From Spirochaetales bacterium (GTDB lineage Bacteria > Spirochaetota > Spirochaetia > DSM-27196 > SLST01), in the NCBI GenBank assembly GCA_046538735.1, contig JBKHII010000002.1, forward strand, positions 23,235 to 87,234: DNA of 64,000 nt. The letters run 5' to 3'. Positions 8,854 to 18,055 of this stretch are shown here, in pieces (within the stretch, counting starts at the first letter, position 1; each line of letters starts with the position of its first letter). The position numbers were made by a program, and so were the translations under genes. The notes below the pieces were generated by a model. It saw nothing but the letters and a program-made list of their open reading frames with translations. It searched no databases and was not told the DNA's origin.

Positions 8854-9608
8854 CGGGCGAACCACTTCACGATATCCTCCACGCCAATCTCGCTCATGTC
8901 GCTCACCACGCGGTGAGCGCCGCGTTCGAGTAGTCCCTCCGGGTCAACGCTCCGCGCGATCCCGAGCACGAATCCGAACGAGCCGTTCCGGCCGGCTTCC
9001 ACTCCCGAATAGGCATCCTCGACCATCATGCTTCGCGTGGGATCCGAATCCAGGCGCTCGCACGCCGTGACGAAAATGTCCGGGGCGGGCTTCCCGTTCA
9101 GACCGAGCTCGCGGCTGTCGGTGCCGTCCACGACGGTCTCGAACCGCGAGCGCAGCCCCGCCGACTCGAGCACGAACCGGCAGTTGCGGCTCGAGCTCGC
9201 AACGCCGCAGCGAACTCCCCGCTCGCGGAGCTCGTCCACGATCTTCACCGTGGACTCGAACACGGGAATATCGCCCCCAAGGACGATCTCCCGGAATCGC
9301 TTGTTCTTCGCGTTCCCGACCGCGCAGACGGTCGAATCGCCCGGCTCGTCGGAGGCGTCACCGTGCGGAAGCTCAATGCCGCGCGACTCGAGGAAGGCGG
9401 CTACGCCGTCGTAGCGTGGTTTGCCGTCCACGTACGGAACGTAATCGCGATCATGCTCGAAGGGGCGGAATCCCGGCCCCTCGCGCCGCTCGAGCAGCGC
9501 GTCGAACGTCTCCTTCCACGCTCGGAAGTGGATCACGGCGGTGTCCGTGATCACGCCGTCCAGATCGAAGATCGCTGCTTCCGGGACGCTCTTCTTCGTG
9601 GTGCTCAC
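8850..9608 (-). CDS. HAD-IA hydrolase, beta-phosphoglucomutase-like
   Basis: Motif I FDLDGVITDT, AWKETF cap, motif IV VEDAYSGVEAG. GTG start is preceded by AGGAGG and overlaps the upstream stop (GTGA). Confidence 0.85.
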   Translation of the reverse strand: MSTTKKSVPEAAIFDLDGVITDTAVIHFRAWKETFDALLERREGPGFRPFEHDRDYVPYVDGKPRYDGVAAFLESRGIELPHGDASDEPGDSTVCAVGNAKNKRFREIVLGGDIPVFESTVKIVDELRERGVRCGVASSSRNCRFVLESAGLRSRFETVVDGTDSRELGLNGKPAPDIFVTACERLDSDPTRSMMVEDAYSGVEAGRNGSFGFVLGIARSVDPEGLLERGAHRVVSDMSEIGVEDIVKWFAR

Positions 9609-10825
9609 TTCGTTCCTCCTCTGTCTGCCGCGCTACCGAGCGCCGCGACGAGAACGTCCGGCCCCGAGCAAAACGCCGACGCCGTTGCCCGCTCCCGTAC
9701 CACGCGCCGGAGCGCTTCGTCCTCGGTGGCGAAGACGGCGTGGGTGCGCGCTCCCGCCTCGGCCAGGGACTCGAGCATCGGCACATCGCCGGGAGTGTCG
9801 CCGCACACCAGCACGGGTACGCCGCGGAGATCGAGCGCGAGGCTGTCGACGAGGAAACGAACGCCGTCTCCCTTGTCGAATCCGCGCCTGCGATCACCCT
9901 CCGCCACCAGCGTGATCTCGACATCGAAACCCGTGTCGTCGATCTCGAACCGCGTGTGCTCGGGATCCACACGGCCAACGAGGCGACGAACATCGTGAAG
10001 GAACGCCCCGGAGAGGTCCTCCGGCACGCTGCGGTGGACGTCCTGACGGCTGACGGTCAGCTGACCGAACTTGCGCTGGTAGCCGGAGCCGATCGCGCTC
10101 AGGAGCCGGTACTCCGGTCGGTCGAGCAGCTCCTGCACGTCATGGTCGAGGCGGATGATCGCCGCGCGCTGCTCGTCCGAGAGCGGGTAGCTCCCGGTCT
10201 TGCCGTCGGCGAGCTTAAACTCGCGCCCCTTGCTCCCGGCGAGGTGAACCGTCTCGTCGGGGAACGAGCTCAACGAGAGGAGCCCGTGCCCGTAGAGCGG
10301 GCCCGAGGTGACGACGAAGAACTCGTCGCATCGGTCGCGGGCGAATCGCGCGATTTCGACTGCCGCGTACAGCGGCTGGTGCGACGAACGGTAACGACCG
10401 CAGTAATTCGTGATCGTGCCGTCGCGGTCGCTGAACGCCGCGGCGTAGGCGGTGTCGCCGAAGAGCTCGAGCATACCGTCGATCTGCTCACCGGAGGACT
10501 CGGGAGCCCACAACAGCCGAGAGACGGCGGCCGGACCGTCGCGCAGGCAGGTGACGTCGCGCTCGAGCTCGGTGATCTCGTAGTCGAGATTCAGGGTTGC
10601 ATGGCGCCCGTCAACGAGGAGCTCCCGCTGCGTCCCGGATCCCGGGAGCGACGCGAGCAGAGAAGAGGCAGACTCCAGCTCGTGGAGTGTCGCGCGGCAC
10701 GTCTCGCACGACCCGATCGGGAACGACGCGCCGCGCCCAAGCTCGTTGCGCAGCATCGCCGCCGCGGCACGGCGGCGGAAGGGCCGAAGCCGGTCGAAGA
10801 GATCGTAGAGCTCGTCCAGTTTCAT
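9605..10825 (-). CDS. HAD-IIB trehalose-phosphatase-like protein with a ~130-aa N-terminal extension
   Basis: FSDRDGTIT (motif I), VVTSGP (motif II), FDKGDGVRFL, LVCGDTPGDVPML (motif IV), an OtsB-like order. The N-terminal extension contains GSCETC. ATGA overlaps on both ends. Confidence 0.7.
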   Translation of the reverse strand: MKLDELYDLFDRLRPFRRRAAAAMLRNELGRGASFPIGSCETCRATLHELESASSLLASLPGSGTQRELLVDGRHATLNLDYEITELERDVTCLRDGPAAVSRLLWAPESSGEQIDGMLELFGDTAYAAAFSDRDGTITNYCGRYRSSHQPLYAAVEIARFARDRCDEFFVVTSGPLYGHGLLSLSSFPDETVHLAGSKGREFKLADGKTGSYPLSDEQRAAIIRLDHDVQELLDRPEYRLLSAIGSGYQRKFGQLTVSRQDVHRSVPEDLSGAFLHDVRRLVGRVDPEHTRFEIDDTGFDVEITLVAEGDRRRGFDKGDGVRFLVDSLALDLRGVPVLVCGDTPGDVPMLESLAEAGARTHAVFATEDEALRRVVRERATASAFCSGPDVLVAALGSAADRGGTK

Positions 10826-11835
10826 TGACCTGCCTGGTTGACGACGTTCTCGGGTCGACCGTCCACGAACGTCCGGATATTGCGAACGGTCGTGAGGAGA
10901 ATCCGCTCGACCGCTTCGCGGGTGTTGAAGGCGCTGTGCGGCGTGATGTAGACGTTTCGAAGCCGCAGCAGGATGTGGTCGGCGAAGAGCGTCTCCATGT
11001 GATGCTGCTCGCGAAACGCCTTGTGCAGAAGCTCCGCTTCCTCTCGGATCGTGGGTTCCTCGGGAAGGACGTCGAGGCCGACCGCACGGACCTTCTTCTT
11101 CGCGATCGCCTGGACGAGCGCCTTCACGTTCATCAACGGCCCGCGAGCCGTGTTGAGGAAGACGACGCCGTCCTTCATCTTCTCGAACTCCTCTTCGTCG
11201 ATGAGATGGTGCGTCTTCTCGGAGTACGGGACGTGGAGCGACACGACATCCGAGGTGGAAAGGAGATCATTCCACGATACGTAGCGGAAGCCGAGGGCCC
11301 GCGCGAGATCCTCGTTCGGCTTCACATCGAAGGCGACGACCTCCATATCGAAGCCGCGGGCCATCCGGATGACGTGCCGGCCGATGCTACCGGTCCCGAT
11401 CACGCCGAAGACCTTGTCGCGCAGATCGAATCCCTGCAGACCAACGAAGCTGAAGTCGCCCTTGCGCGTCCGATCGATCGCTTCCACGAGATTGTGACTG
11501 ATCGTGAGCAGCAACCCCATCGTATGCTCGGCGACGGTGTTGTCGCCGTACGTTGGGACGTTCGTGACCGGTACGCCGTGCTCGTCGCACCATGCCTGAT
11601 CGATGTGATCGTAGCCGGTCGATCGGGTCGCGACGAGCTTCACGCGCGGGAGCTTCGCGAGCACTTCGGCCGAAACCTTGGAGTAGATGAAGACGGAGAT
11701 CACCTCAGCGTCGCGGTACCCGTCCACGTTCGCCGCGGTAAGCGGCTCGCGGACGAAGGTCACGTGATGCCCGTCCGAGAGCTCCTTGAAGCACTCGCGT
11801 TCCCACTCCTCCACCTCGAAGACGACGATCTCCAT
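10822..11835 (-). CDS. D-isomer-specific 2-hydroxyacid dehydrogenase (D-lactate/glycerate dehydrogenase family)
   Basis: MEIVVFEV... N-terminus, NAD fold VFGVIGTGSIGRHV, catalytic-region motifs NTARG and ITPHSAF. Start taken at ATG 11835; a TTG at 11871 would overlap the upstream gene. Confidence 0.85.
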   Translation of the reverse strand: MEIVVFEVEEWERECFKELSDGHHVTFVREPLTAANVDGYRDAEVISVFIYSKVSAEVLAKLPRVKLVATRSTGYDHIDQAWCDEHGVPVTNVPTYGDNTVAEHTMGLLLTISHNLVEAIDRTRKGDFSFVGLQGFDLRDKVFGVIGTGSIGRHVIRMARGFDMEVVAFDVKPNEDLARALGFRYVSWNDLLSTSDVVSLHVPYSEKTHHLIDEEEFEKMKDGVVFLNTARGPLMNVKALVQAIAKKKVRAVGLDVLPEEPTIREEAELLHKAFREQHHMETLFADHILLRLRNVYITPHSAFNTREAVERILLTTVRNIRTFVDGRPENVVNQAGQ

Positions 11836-11863
11836 CTCTTCAATATCGGGCGAAGTGAACGGT

Positions 11864-12442
11864 TCAGGCAAACTGCGCGCGGTGGAAACGGACGACCATG
11901 TGGACGCGCGCGAGCTCGTCCGAGGGATTCTCGATGATGTGGTCCACGTCGCAGTGATAGACGATGAAGTCGCCCGGCCCGAGCTCGGCCTGGCGATCGC
12001 CGGCTTCCACGCGAATGCGTCCCTTGATCACGGTGAGAAACTCCTCCGACCGGGGCGCGTGCGCACGTGAGACGAGCGCGGTCCCGGGATCGAAGGTGAG
12101 GTAGTACATCTCCAGATCCTCCGCCATCGAGAGCGGGGAGTAGACCTGTATGTGCGGACCGTTCTCGGCGGTATCGAGTACGGCGACGTCCTGCGCTCGC
12201 GTGACCGCGAACTTCCGTGCCGGCTCCCACCCCCCCTTGAGAATCGCGTCCAGCTCGACTTCGAGTCCGCGGGCGATCTTCCAGATCGTGAGAACTGTGG
12301 GATTGACCTTCTCCGACTCGATCTGGCTGAGCATCGCCTTGGAGACACCGCTGCGTTCGGCGAGCGCGTCCAGCGTGAGGCCCTCCTCCTTGCGAATGCG
12401 CTGGATGTTCGACCCGATCTGGGGTGGCGGCACCGGTTTCAT
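11864..12442 (-). CDS. XRE-family HTH regulator with a C-terminal cupin domain
   Basis: IGSNIQRIRKEEGLTLDALAERSGVSKAMLSQIESEKVNPT (HTH_3) followed by a cupin-like region (GDFIVYHCDVDHIIENP). Confidence 0.85.
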   Translation of the reverse strand: MKPVPPPQIGSNIQRIRKEEGLTLDALAERSGVSKAMLSQIESEKVNPTVLTIWKIARGLEVELDAILKGGWEPARKFAVTRAQDVAVLDTAENGPHIQVYSPLSMAEDLEMYYLTFDPGTALVSRAHAPRSEEFLTVIKGRIRVEAGDRQAELGPGDFIVYHCDVDHIIENPSDELARVHMVVRFHRAQFA

Positions 12443-12533
12443 GCACTCTCCTCCGTTGACGATCGCCGCGCGATCATCATACTATACAGGCGAGTTCATT
12501 ATAGTGAACACACAGCGGAGCGTCAAAGGTACG

Positions 12534-13508
12534 ATGAGCGAGCGGATACTACTGACCGGCGGCCTCGGACAACTCGGCTCGGAACTCGCCGTGGAGTTGT
12601 GTCGGCACTACGGTGAGTCCGCAGTCACCATCACCGATGTCCGCGAACCGTCGACCCAGACCCCGGCACGTTTCTACCGGCTGGACGCCCGCGACGCATC
12701 CGCGCTGGCCAACGTCGTGAAGAACGAACGGATCACACGCATCTATCACCTCGCGGCGCTCCTCTCCGCAACGGCCGAGAACCGACCGCACGAGGCGTGG
12801 GAGATCAACATGGGCGGGCTCGTGAACGTGCTCGAGGTTGCGCGCGAGGTCGGTGCGAGCGTCTTCACACCCTCGTCCATCGGCGCATTCGGGCCTCAGA
12901 CGCCGAAAGACTTCACGCCCCAGGATACGATTCAACGTCCCACCTCGATGTACGGTGTCACGAAGGTTGCGGGCGAGCTGCTCTGCGACTACTACTACTT
13001 CAAGTTCGGTGTGGATACGCGTGGCGTCCGCTTTCCCGGCATCATCTCGAACGTGACTCCGCCCGGCGGCGGCACGACCGACTACGCGGTTGACATCTAC
13101 TACGCCGCGGTGCGCGACGAGCGCTACACGTGCTTCCTCCAGGGCGACACCTACCTGGACATGATCTACATGCCGGACGCGATCAAAGCTGCGATCGACG
13201 TGATGGAGGCCGATCCTGCACGGCTTCGTCACCGGAACGCGTTCAACGTCACCGCGATGAGCTTCTCGCCGGAGGACCAGGCGGCGTACATCAGACGCTA
13301 CATCCCGGAGTTCGAGATCGTCTACGACGTGGACCCGGTTCGCCAGGCCATCGCGAACAGCTGGCCCAACTCCTTGGAAGACTACGCGGCACGCGTGGAG
13401 TGGGACTGGGAACCCGAGTACGACCTGGACCGGATGACGGCAGATATGCTGCGAACGCTGAGCGGGCGGCGCGGAACCCTTCCATCACCCAGTAGAACGG
13501 CGAAATGA
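12534..13508 (+). CDS. tdh: NAD-dependent epimerase/dehydratase-fold L-threonine 3-dehydrogenase-like protein
   Basis: ILLTGGLGQLGSEL Rossmann motif and YGVTKVAGELLCDYYYFKFGVDTRGVRFPGIIS (YxxxK), characteristic of the short-chain GalE-like TDH group. Confidence 0.8.
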   Translation: MSERILLTGGLGQLGSELAVELCRHYGESAVTITDVREPSTQTPARFYRLDARDASALANVVKNERITRIYHLAALLSATAENRPHEAWEINMGGLVNVLEVAREVGASVFTPSSIGAFGPQTPKDFTPQDTIQRPTSMYGVTKVAGELLCDYYYFKFGVDTRGVRFPGIISNVTPPGGGTTDYAVDIYYAAVRDERYTCFLQGDTYLDMIYMPDAIKAAIDVMEADPARLRHRNAFNVTAMSFSPEDQAAYIRRYIPEFEIVYDVDPVRQAIANSWPNSLEDYAARVEWDWEPEYDLDRMTADMLRTLSGRRGTLPSPSRTAK

Positions 13509-14274
13509 CGGCGACTCGGCGCATGATGTCCGGGATGATTTCGATGTCGAGCGACCGCCAAGCGGGGCGAGCGTCATCGCGAGCACGAGCGGAGAGCTCC
13601 CGAAGTCGATTCCGAAGACCGCACCGAGTACGAGCCCGCTCCCGATCGCCACGCTGTATTGAGCGATACCGACAAGGAGTCGCCCGGTGATCTTCCCGGC
13701 AACGAACACGCCGCGCGAGACCGGAGCGATGAGCGTGCGCTGCAGCGTCCATCGCCGGCGGTCGCCCACCAGCATCGCCGCGACGGCGATCCTCGGTTCG
13801 GAGACGATTTCGCGCGCGCGATCGCGCGCGAGTCCGGCGGCTGCGTCTGCGTACCCGGCTGCGGCAAGATCCCGCGCGGCACGACCGGCCTCCACGAGCG
13901 TCGCGGTACGTCGCGCCGCGGAATCCACGAGCGGGTTGAGACGGCTTGAGAGCTGCGGGTCGCTCTCCGCAAAGACGAGCCGGACCACGGCGGAACCGTC
14001 GGCGGAGGCACGCTCGGAGAATCCACCCTGAACGATGATCGCGGCGTCCGCCGAGCCCGTACATGCGGCCGAAGTACTCGAGGTTCTGCCGCGCAGTCAG
14101 TCGCGGATAGAGCGCGACCTCCTGCGGCACGACTCCGATTCGCCGCTTCGCTTCGAGCGGATCGTCCACGAGCGAGATGCCGTCCACCGCCCGAACCGTC
14201 GTGGCGTTCCGCGATCCGGCGCCGCACGGCACGAACACCTTGACGAGATCGCTGACCTCAATCGCGCTCTTCAT
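13466..14274 (-). pseudogene. collapsed relic of an ABC-2 exporter operon (ATPase plus permease fragments)
   Basis: From ATG 14274: MKSAIEVSDLVKVF...VRAVDGISLV, then directly ...RRIGVVPQEVALYPRLTARQNLEYFGRMYGL. The Walker A block is deleted and there is no signature or Walker B. Other frames hold permease pieces (TLQRTLIAPVSRGVFVAGKITG..., then ...RRVAVISPFYWVMEGFRAA). About 0.8 kb remains where about 1.7-2 kb is expected. Confidence 0.6.
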
Positions 14275-14391
14275 GGCGAACCTCTTCCGCAGCCTATCGC
14301 GTTGTGCCCGACCCGCATCGCGTGGGAACGCGCGTGGACGGAGACCGCGTCTCCCTACACTCCTCGCGCGCGGGCAGGTACATTTGAGGCG

Positions 14392-15441
14392 ATGAACCTG
14401 TACGGTCGGACGATCGACGCACTCTCGCGGCTCGTGCTGAGCGAGGGCCTGCCCGCCTACCGCGCACGACAGATCGCCGAGTGGCTCTATCGTCATCACG
14501 CTGAGTCCGTTGCCTCGATGACGAATCTGCCCGCGCCGCTGCGCGACGCGTGGTCGAACGAGCACGAGGTTCGCGCGCCGTTACCGACTACGGCAGGCGT
14601 CAGCAGCGACGGAACGAAGAAGTACACGTGGCAGGCGTCTGACGGCGACGTGTTCGAGTCCGCCCTCATCCCGGATCGCGATCGACTGACGCTGTGCGTC
14701 TCGAGCCAGGCGGGCTGTCGTATCGGCTGCAAGTTCTGCCTGACCGCCCGCAAAGGACTGCGGCAGAACCTCTCGGCCGCCGAGATCTTGGGGCAGTACC
14801 GAAACCTGCCGGAGCGTGATCTGGTCACGCACTTCGTCTTCATGGGTATGGGCGAACCGCTGGACAACACCGCCGAGGTGCTGTCCACCCTGGAGGTTCT
14901 CACCGCCGATTGGGGCTACGGCTTCAGCCCGCGTAGAATCACGGTGTCGACCGTGGGTATCCTCCCCGATCTCGAGCGACTCATCGACTCCACGGACGCA
15001 AATATCGCAATCAGCATGCACGCGGCGAAACGCGAGGACCGGCTCCCGCTCGTCCCGTCCGAAAACCGGCACCCGATCGCGACGATCGTGGAGCTGCTCA
15101 GGCACCGGGCGCAACTCGCCTTGCCGCCGTTCACGGGTACCGGGAGGCGGCGTCTGTCGTTCGAGATCACGATGATCGACGGCGTCACCGACTCGCCCGC
15201 ACAGGCAGAGTCGGTGCGCGAACTGATCCGGGGAGTTCCTTCACGAGTGAATCTGATCCCGTGGAATCCCTTCCCGGGAGCGAGGTTCCGTCCGAGCACG
15301 AGACCGGCGATCGAACGCTTCCAGTCCGTCCTCAAGCGATCCGGAGTCACGACGACTATCAGAGAGTCGCGGGGTCAGGACATCGGTGCCGCCTGCGGTC
15401 TTCTCGCCGGCCGGAATGAGGCAGTCCGTACGGGTCGGTAA
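14392..15441 (+). CDS. rlmN: 23S rRNA/tRNA (adenine-C2)-methyltransferase RlmN (radical SAM)
   Basis: YRARQIAEWLY N-terminal domain, radical-SAM CRIGCKFCLT, MGMGEPLDN, a C-terminal catalytic Cys region (GAACGLL), and length typical of RlmN. Confidence 0.9.
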   Translation: MNLYGRTIDALSRLVLSEGLPAYRARQIAEWLYRHHAESVASMTNLPAPLRDAWSNEHEVRAPLPTTAGVSSDGTKKYTWQASDGDVFESALIPDRDRLTLCVSSQAGCRIGCKFCLTARKGLRQNLSAAEILGQYRNLPERDLVTHFVFMGMGEPLDNTAEVLSTLEVLTADWGYGFSPRRITVSTVGILPDLERLIDSTDANIAISMHAAKREDRLPLVPSENRHPIATIVELLRHRAQLALPPFTGTGRRRLSFEITMIDGVTDSPAQAESVRELIRGVPSRVNLIPWNPFPGARFRPSTRPAIERFQSVLKRSGVTTTIRESRGQDIGAACGLLAGRNEAVRTGR

Positions 15442-15447
15442 GGTCTA

Positions 15448-16407
15448 TCAGCAGAGAATCGCGCGGTTTCGACCGGCTTCCTTGGCGCGGTAGAGCGCCT
15501 TGTCCGCGGCCTGCTTGATCGTCTCGAGCGTGGAACCGTGGCGCGGGAACTCTGCGATCCCCTGGCTCGCGGTCACACGCACGATCCCGGACGGACCGAG
15601 CACCTCGAGCGACGCCACTGCCCGACGGATCGCCTCGGCGCTCTCGAGCGCCTCGTCCGCGGCTGCACCGGGCAGGATGATCGTGAACTCGTCGCCGCCG
15701 TACCGTGCCGCGATGCCCGTCGTGCCGAGTATGCTTCGCAGAGGCGGCGCGACCGAGGCGATCAATCGATCGCCGAACGGCTGCCCGTATGTGTCGTTGA
15801 TCGCGTGGAAGTGGTCGAGGTCCATCATGATGAGGCTGAAGATGCGGTTCTTCACGAGCGTCTCCGTGATCTGCTGCTCGAGCGCGCTGTCCAGGTAGCG
15901 TCGATTATAGAGCCCGGTGAGATCGTCGGTGATCGCTCGCCGCCGGGCGTTCTCGCCCCACTGCACGAGATCGGAGAGAAACGAGCTCGTCCGCGTGAGC
16001 CGTCCGGTCGTGATGTTCACCATCCGATGAAGAACCTTGGTCGCCGTGTGCGGATGCCTGCTCATGAGCGAGAAGAGGTGCTCCTTCTGGAGCCGGAAGA
16101 GCCGACCGCCGCCGGGCATGACGCAAGTGGCGGAACGAGGCGCGTCCTCGTAGATGGACATCTCACCGAAGAAGTCTCCCGGTCCGAGCTGGGCGACATC
16201 AACGTCCACACCGCCGTTCGCCCGGACGCGAACCGACACGGTGCCTTCCCCAACGATGTAGAGCTCATGCCCTTCGTCGCCCTGGCGGAAGACAACGCAG
16301 CCGGGATCGCACCTCACCTCCTCGAGGAAGCGGCGGAAGATGTCGAGCTCGTCGCTCGCCAGGTTCTCGAGGATCGCAACGCGGTGGAGCAAATCGGCGG
16401 AGATCAC
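15448..16407 (-). CDS. cNMP-binding domain - GGDEF diguanylate cyclase (canonical active site)
   Basis: CAP_ED motifs (FGEMSIYEDAPRSATCV), then LTGLYNRRYL...RYGGDEFTIILPG. No RxxD five residues upstream of GGDEF. GTG start overlaps the upstream stop (GTGA at 16404-16407), with GGAG upstream. Confidence 0.9.
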   Translation of the reverse strand: MISADLLHRVAILENLASDELDIFRRFLEEVRCDPGCVVFRQGDEGHELYIVGEGTVSVRVRANGGVDVDVAQLGPGDFFGEMSIYEDAPRSATCVMPGGGRLFRLQKEHLFSLMSRHPHTATKVLHRMVNITTGRLTRTSSFLSDLVQWGENARRRAITDDLTGLYNRRYLDSALEQQITETLVKNRIFSLIMMDLDHFHAINDTYGQPFGDRLIASVAPPLRSILGTTGIAARYGGDEFTIILPGAAADEALESAEAIRRAVASLEVLGPSGIVRVTASQGIAEFPRHGSTLETIKQAADKALYRAKEAGRNRAILC

Positions 16408-17387
16408 GAGGCGTGCTCCTGCGACTCCGTGACGAGCACACGGTTGCCGCCCGCATCGCGAGCTGCGAACACACGCTCGTGAGCCTTCGCGGAAAGCGTG
16501 GCGGCGTCCGTCCCGTGGTCCGGGGAGATTGCCACGCCCACGCTGAAGGTGAGCGGGATCTTGGCTTCTCCGGTCACCGGAGAGAGATCGGCTTCCGGCA
16601 TGCGTGCTCGAATGAGTTCGGCGCACTGCATCACGTCGTCCGCGCTCGTCGCGAGGAGAACCACGGCAAACTCGTTTCCGCGGTAGCGCACGGCGACATC
16701 CGAGTCGCGAAGGAGCGTCCGGAGATGATTCGCGAGGATCCGGAGCACGCGGTCGCCGACCTCGTGACCGAACGAGTCGTTGATGAGCTTGAAGTTGTCC
16801 GGCTTCACGAGCAGGACCCCCGCCCCGCCGCGGCTCCTGTCGAGTAAACCGTCGACCTCATCCTCCAGATAGCTCTTCGAATAGAGCCCGGTCAGTTTGT
16901 CGCCGAAAACCTGCTGACGGAGCTCTTGCACCCAGCTCGAGTTTTCGCTCACGAGCGCGTTCATCGACCTGATCCTGCCGGCCACGATCACCAGAAACTG
17001 ATGAAGCATACGAGCGTAGAGATTCGGGTGCTCGACCATGAGCTCGTCCAGCGAGGTACCGCGGGCAGGAAAGATGAGGATTCGGGTCTCGGCCTCGGCG
17101 ACGGCCCCTGCGGTGCGCGGGGCTTCGCTCAGGAAGTCCTGCTCACCGAAACTCTCGCCGCCAACGAAACGCGCGAGGTCGATCTCTCGACCGTCGTCGC
17201 CTTCCTTGACGATGCGCACCTCACCGTGGTCGATCACGAAGAGCTCTCGGTCGGCCGATCCGGCGCCGTAAACGATATCGCCGGGAGCGAAGTCGTAGAA
17301 CGCCGCGTGATCGGCGAGCAAGCTCAGGTCGCTCTGGGAAAGCTGCGAGAAGAGGTCAACTGACGCAAGAAGATCCAGCTTCTCCAT
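16404..17387 (-). CDS. cNMP-binding domain - degenerate GGDEF (RGNEF) protein with an intact I-site
   Basis: CAP_ED (FGEQDFLSEAPRTAGAV), then LTGLYSKSYL...RDSDVAVRYRGNEFAVVLL. RxxD is present five residues before RGNEF. Start taken at ATG 17387 (TTG 17399 also possible). Confidence 0.85.
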   Translation of the reverse strand: MEKLDLLASVDLFSQLSQSDLSLLADHAAFYDFAPGDIVYGAGSADRELFVIDHGEVRIVKEGDDGREIDLARFVGGESFGEQDFLSEAPRTAGAVAEAETRILIFPARGTSLDELMVEHPNLYARMLHQFLVIVAGRIRSMNALVSENSSWVQELRQQVFGDKLTGLYSKSYLEDEVDGLLDRSRGGAGVLLVKPDNFKLINDSFGHEVGDRVLRILANHLRTLLRDSDVAVRYRGNEFAVVLLATSADDVMQCAELIRARMPEADLSPVTGEAKIPLTFSVGVAISPDHGTDAATLSAKAHERVFAARDAGGNRVLVTESQEHAS

Positions 17388-17434
17388 CGAGATGGGCAAT
17401 TATGCCCGCAATCTGAAAGCGAAAGCAAGTAGCT

Positions 17435-18019
17435 CTAGCGCCCGGAATCGGCCAGGCGTGCGAGATCCCGGCCGATCCCGCGTTGGAGGAAGTAGACCAC
17501 CGCGTCGAACACGAGCAGGAAGCCGCCCTGGAGCATCAGCGCGTGCCCGAAACCGGTCAGCTGCGCCGTATCGGCGTCGTCGCGCCGCGCCAGCTCGGTC
17601 AGGTAGAAGCCTGCGGCGATGTACGCGAAGTCGATGCCGGCGTTGAAGAGCAGGATGTCCTCGAGACGGTTTTGCTCGACCAGCGCTTCGCCCAGCGAGA
17701 GCTCCGGCGGCGAGGAGAGACGCGCCTGCGCTCCGACCAGCGACGGGACGGCGAGCGCGGCGTTCACGATGTTCCATCCGGCGTTCATCTGGTGAAACGC
17801 GACCGCCTGAGGATCGTCCGAGGTGAACGAAAGCGCGGTGCCCGCGGCCATGTTCGTCACGCTCCACCCGGCGAGAACGCTCATCGCGAAGAGCGTGACC
17901 CGCTCGCGCCGGATGGTGTACGCTCGTACCGCAGCATCTTGGGCGTGAGCGACGGTTCCAGTCGTGAGGAGGACAAGAACACCGAGCGCGATCGCGGTGC
18001 CGGAGCGGGTTCGCATCAT
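17435..18019 (-). CDS. secreted/membrane protein, family not recognised
   Basis: Signal peptide MMRTRSGTAIALGVLVLLTTGTVAHA-QD followed by several hydrophobic helices. 194 aa. Confidence 0.55.
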   Translation of the reverse strand: MMRTRSGTAIALGVLVLLTTGTVAHAQDAAVRAYTIRRERVTLFAMSVLAGWSVTNMAAGTALSFTSDDPQAVAFHQMNAGWNIVNAALAVPSLVGAQARLSSPPELSLGEALVEQNRLEDILLFNAGIDFAYIAAGFYLTELARRDDADTAQLTGFGHALMLQGGFLLVFDAVVYFLQRGIGRDLARLADSGR

Positions 18020-18055
18020 GAGACCAAGGTACTGCCGGATGGAGAGACGGGGACT

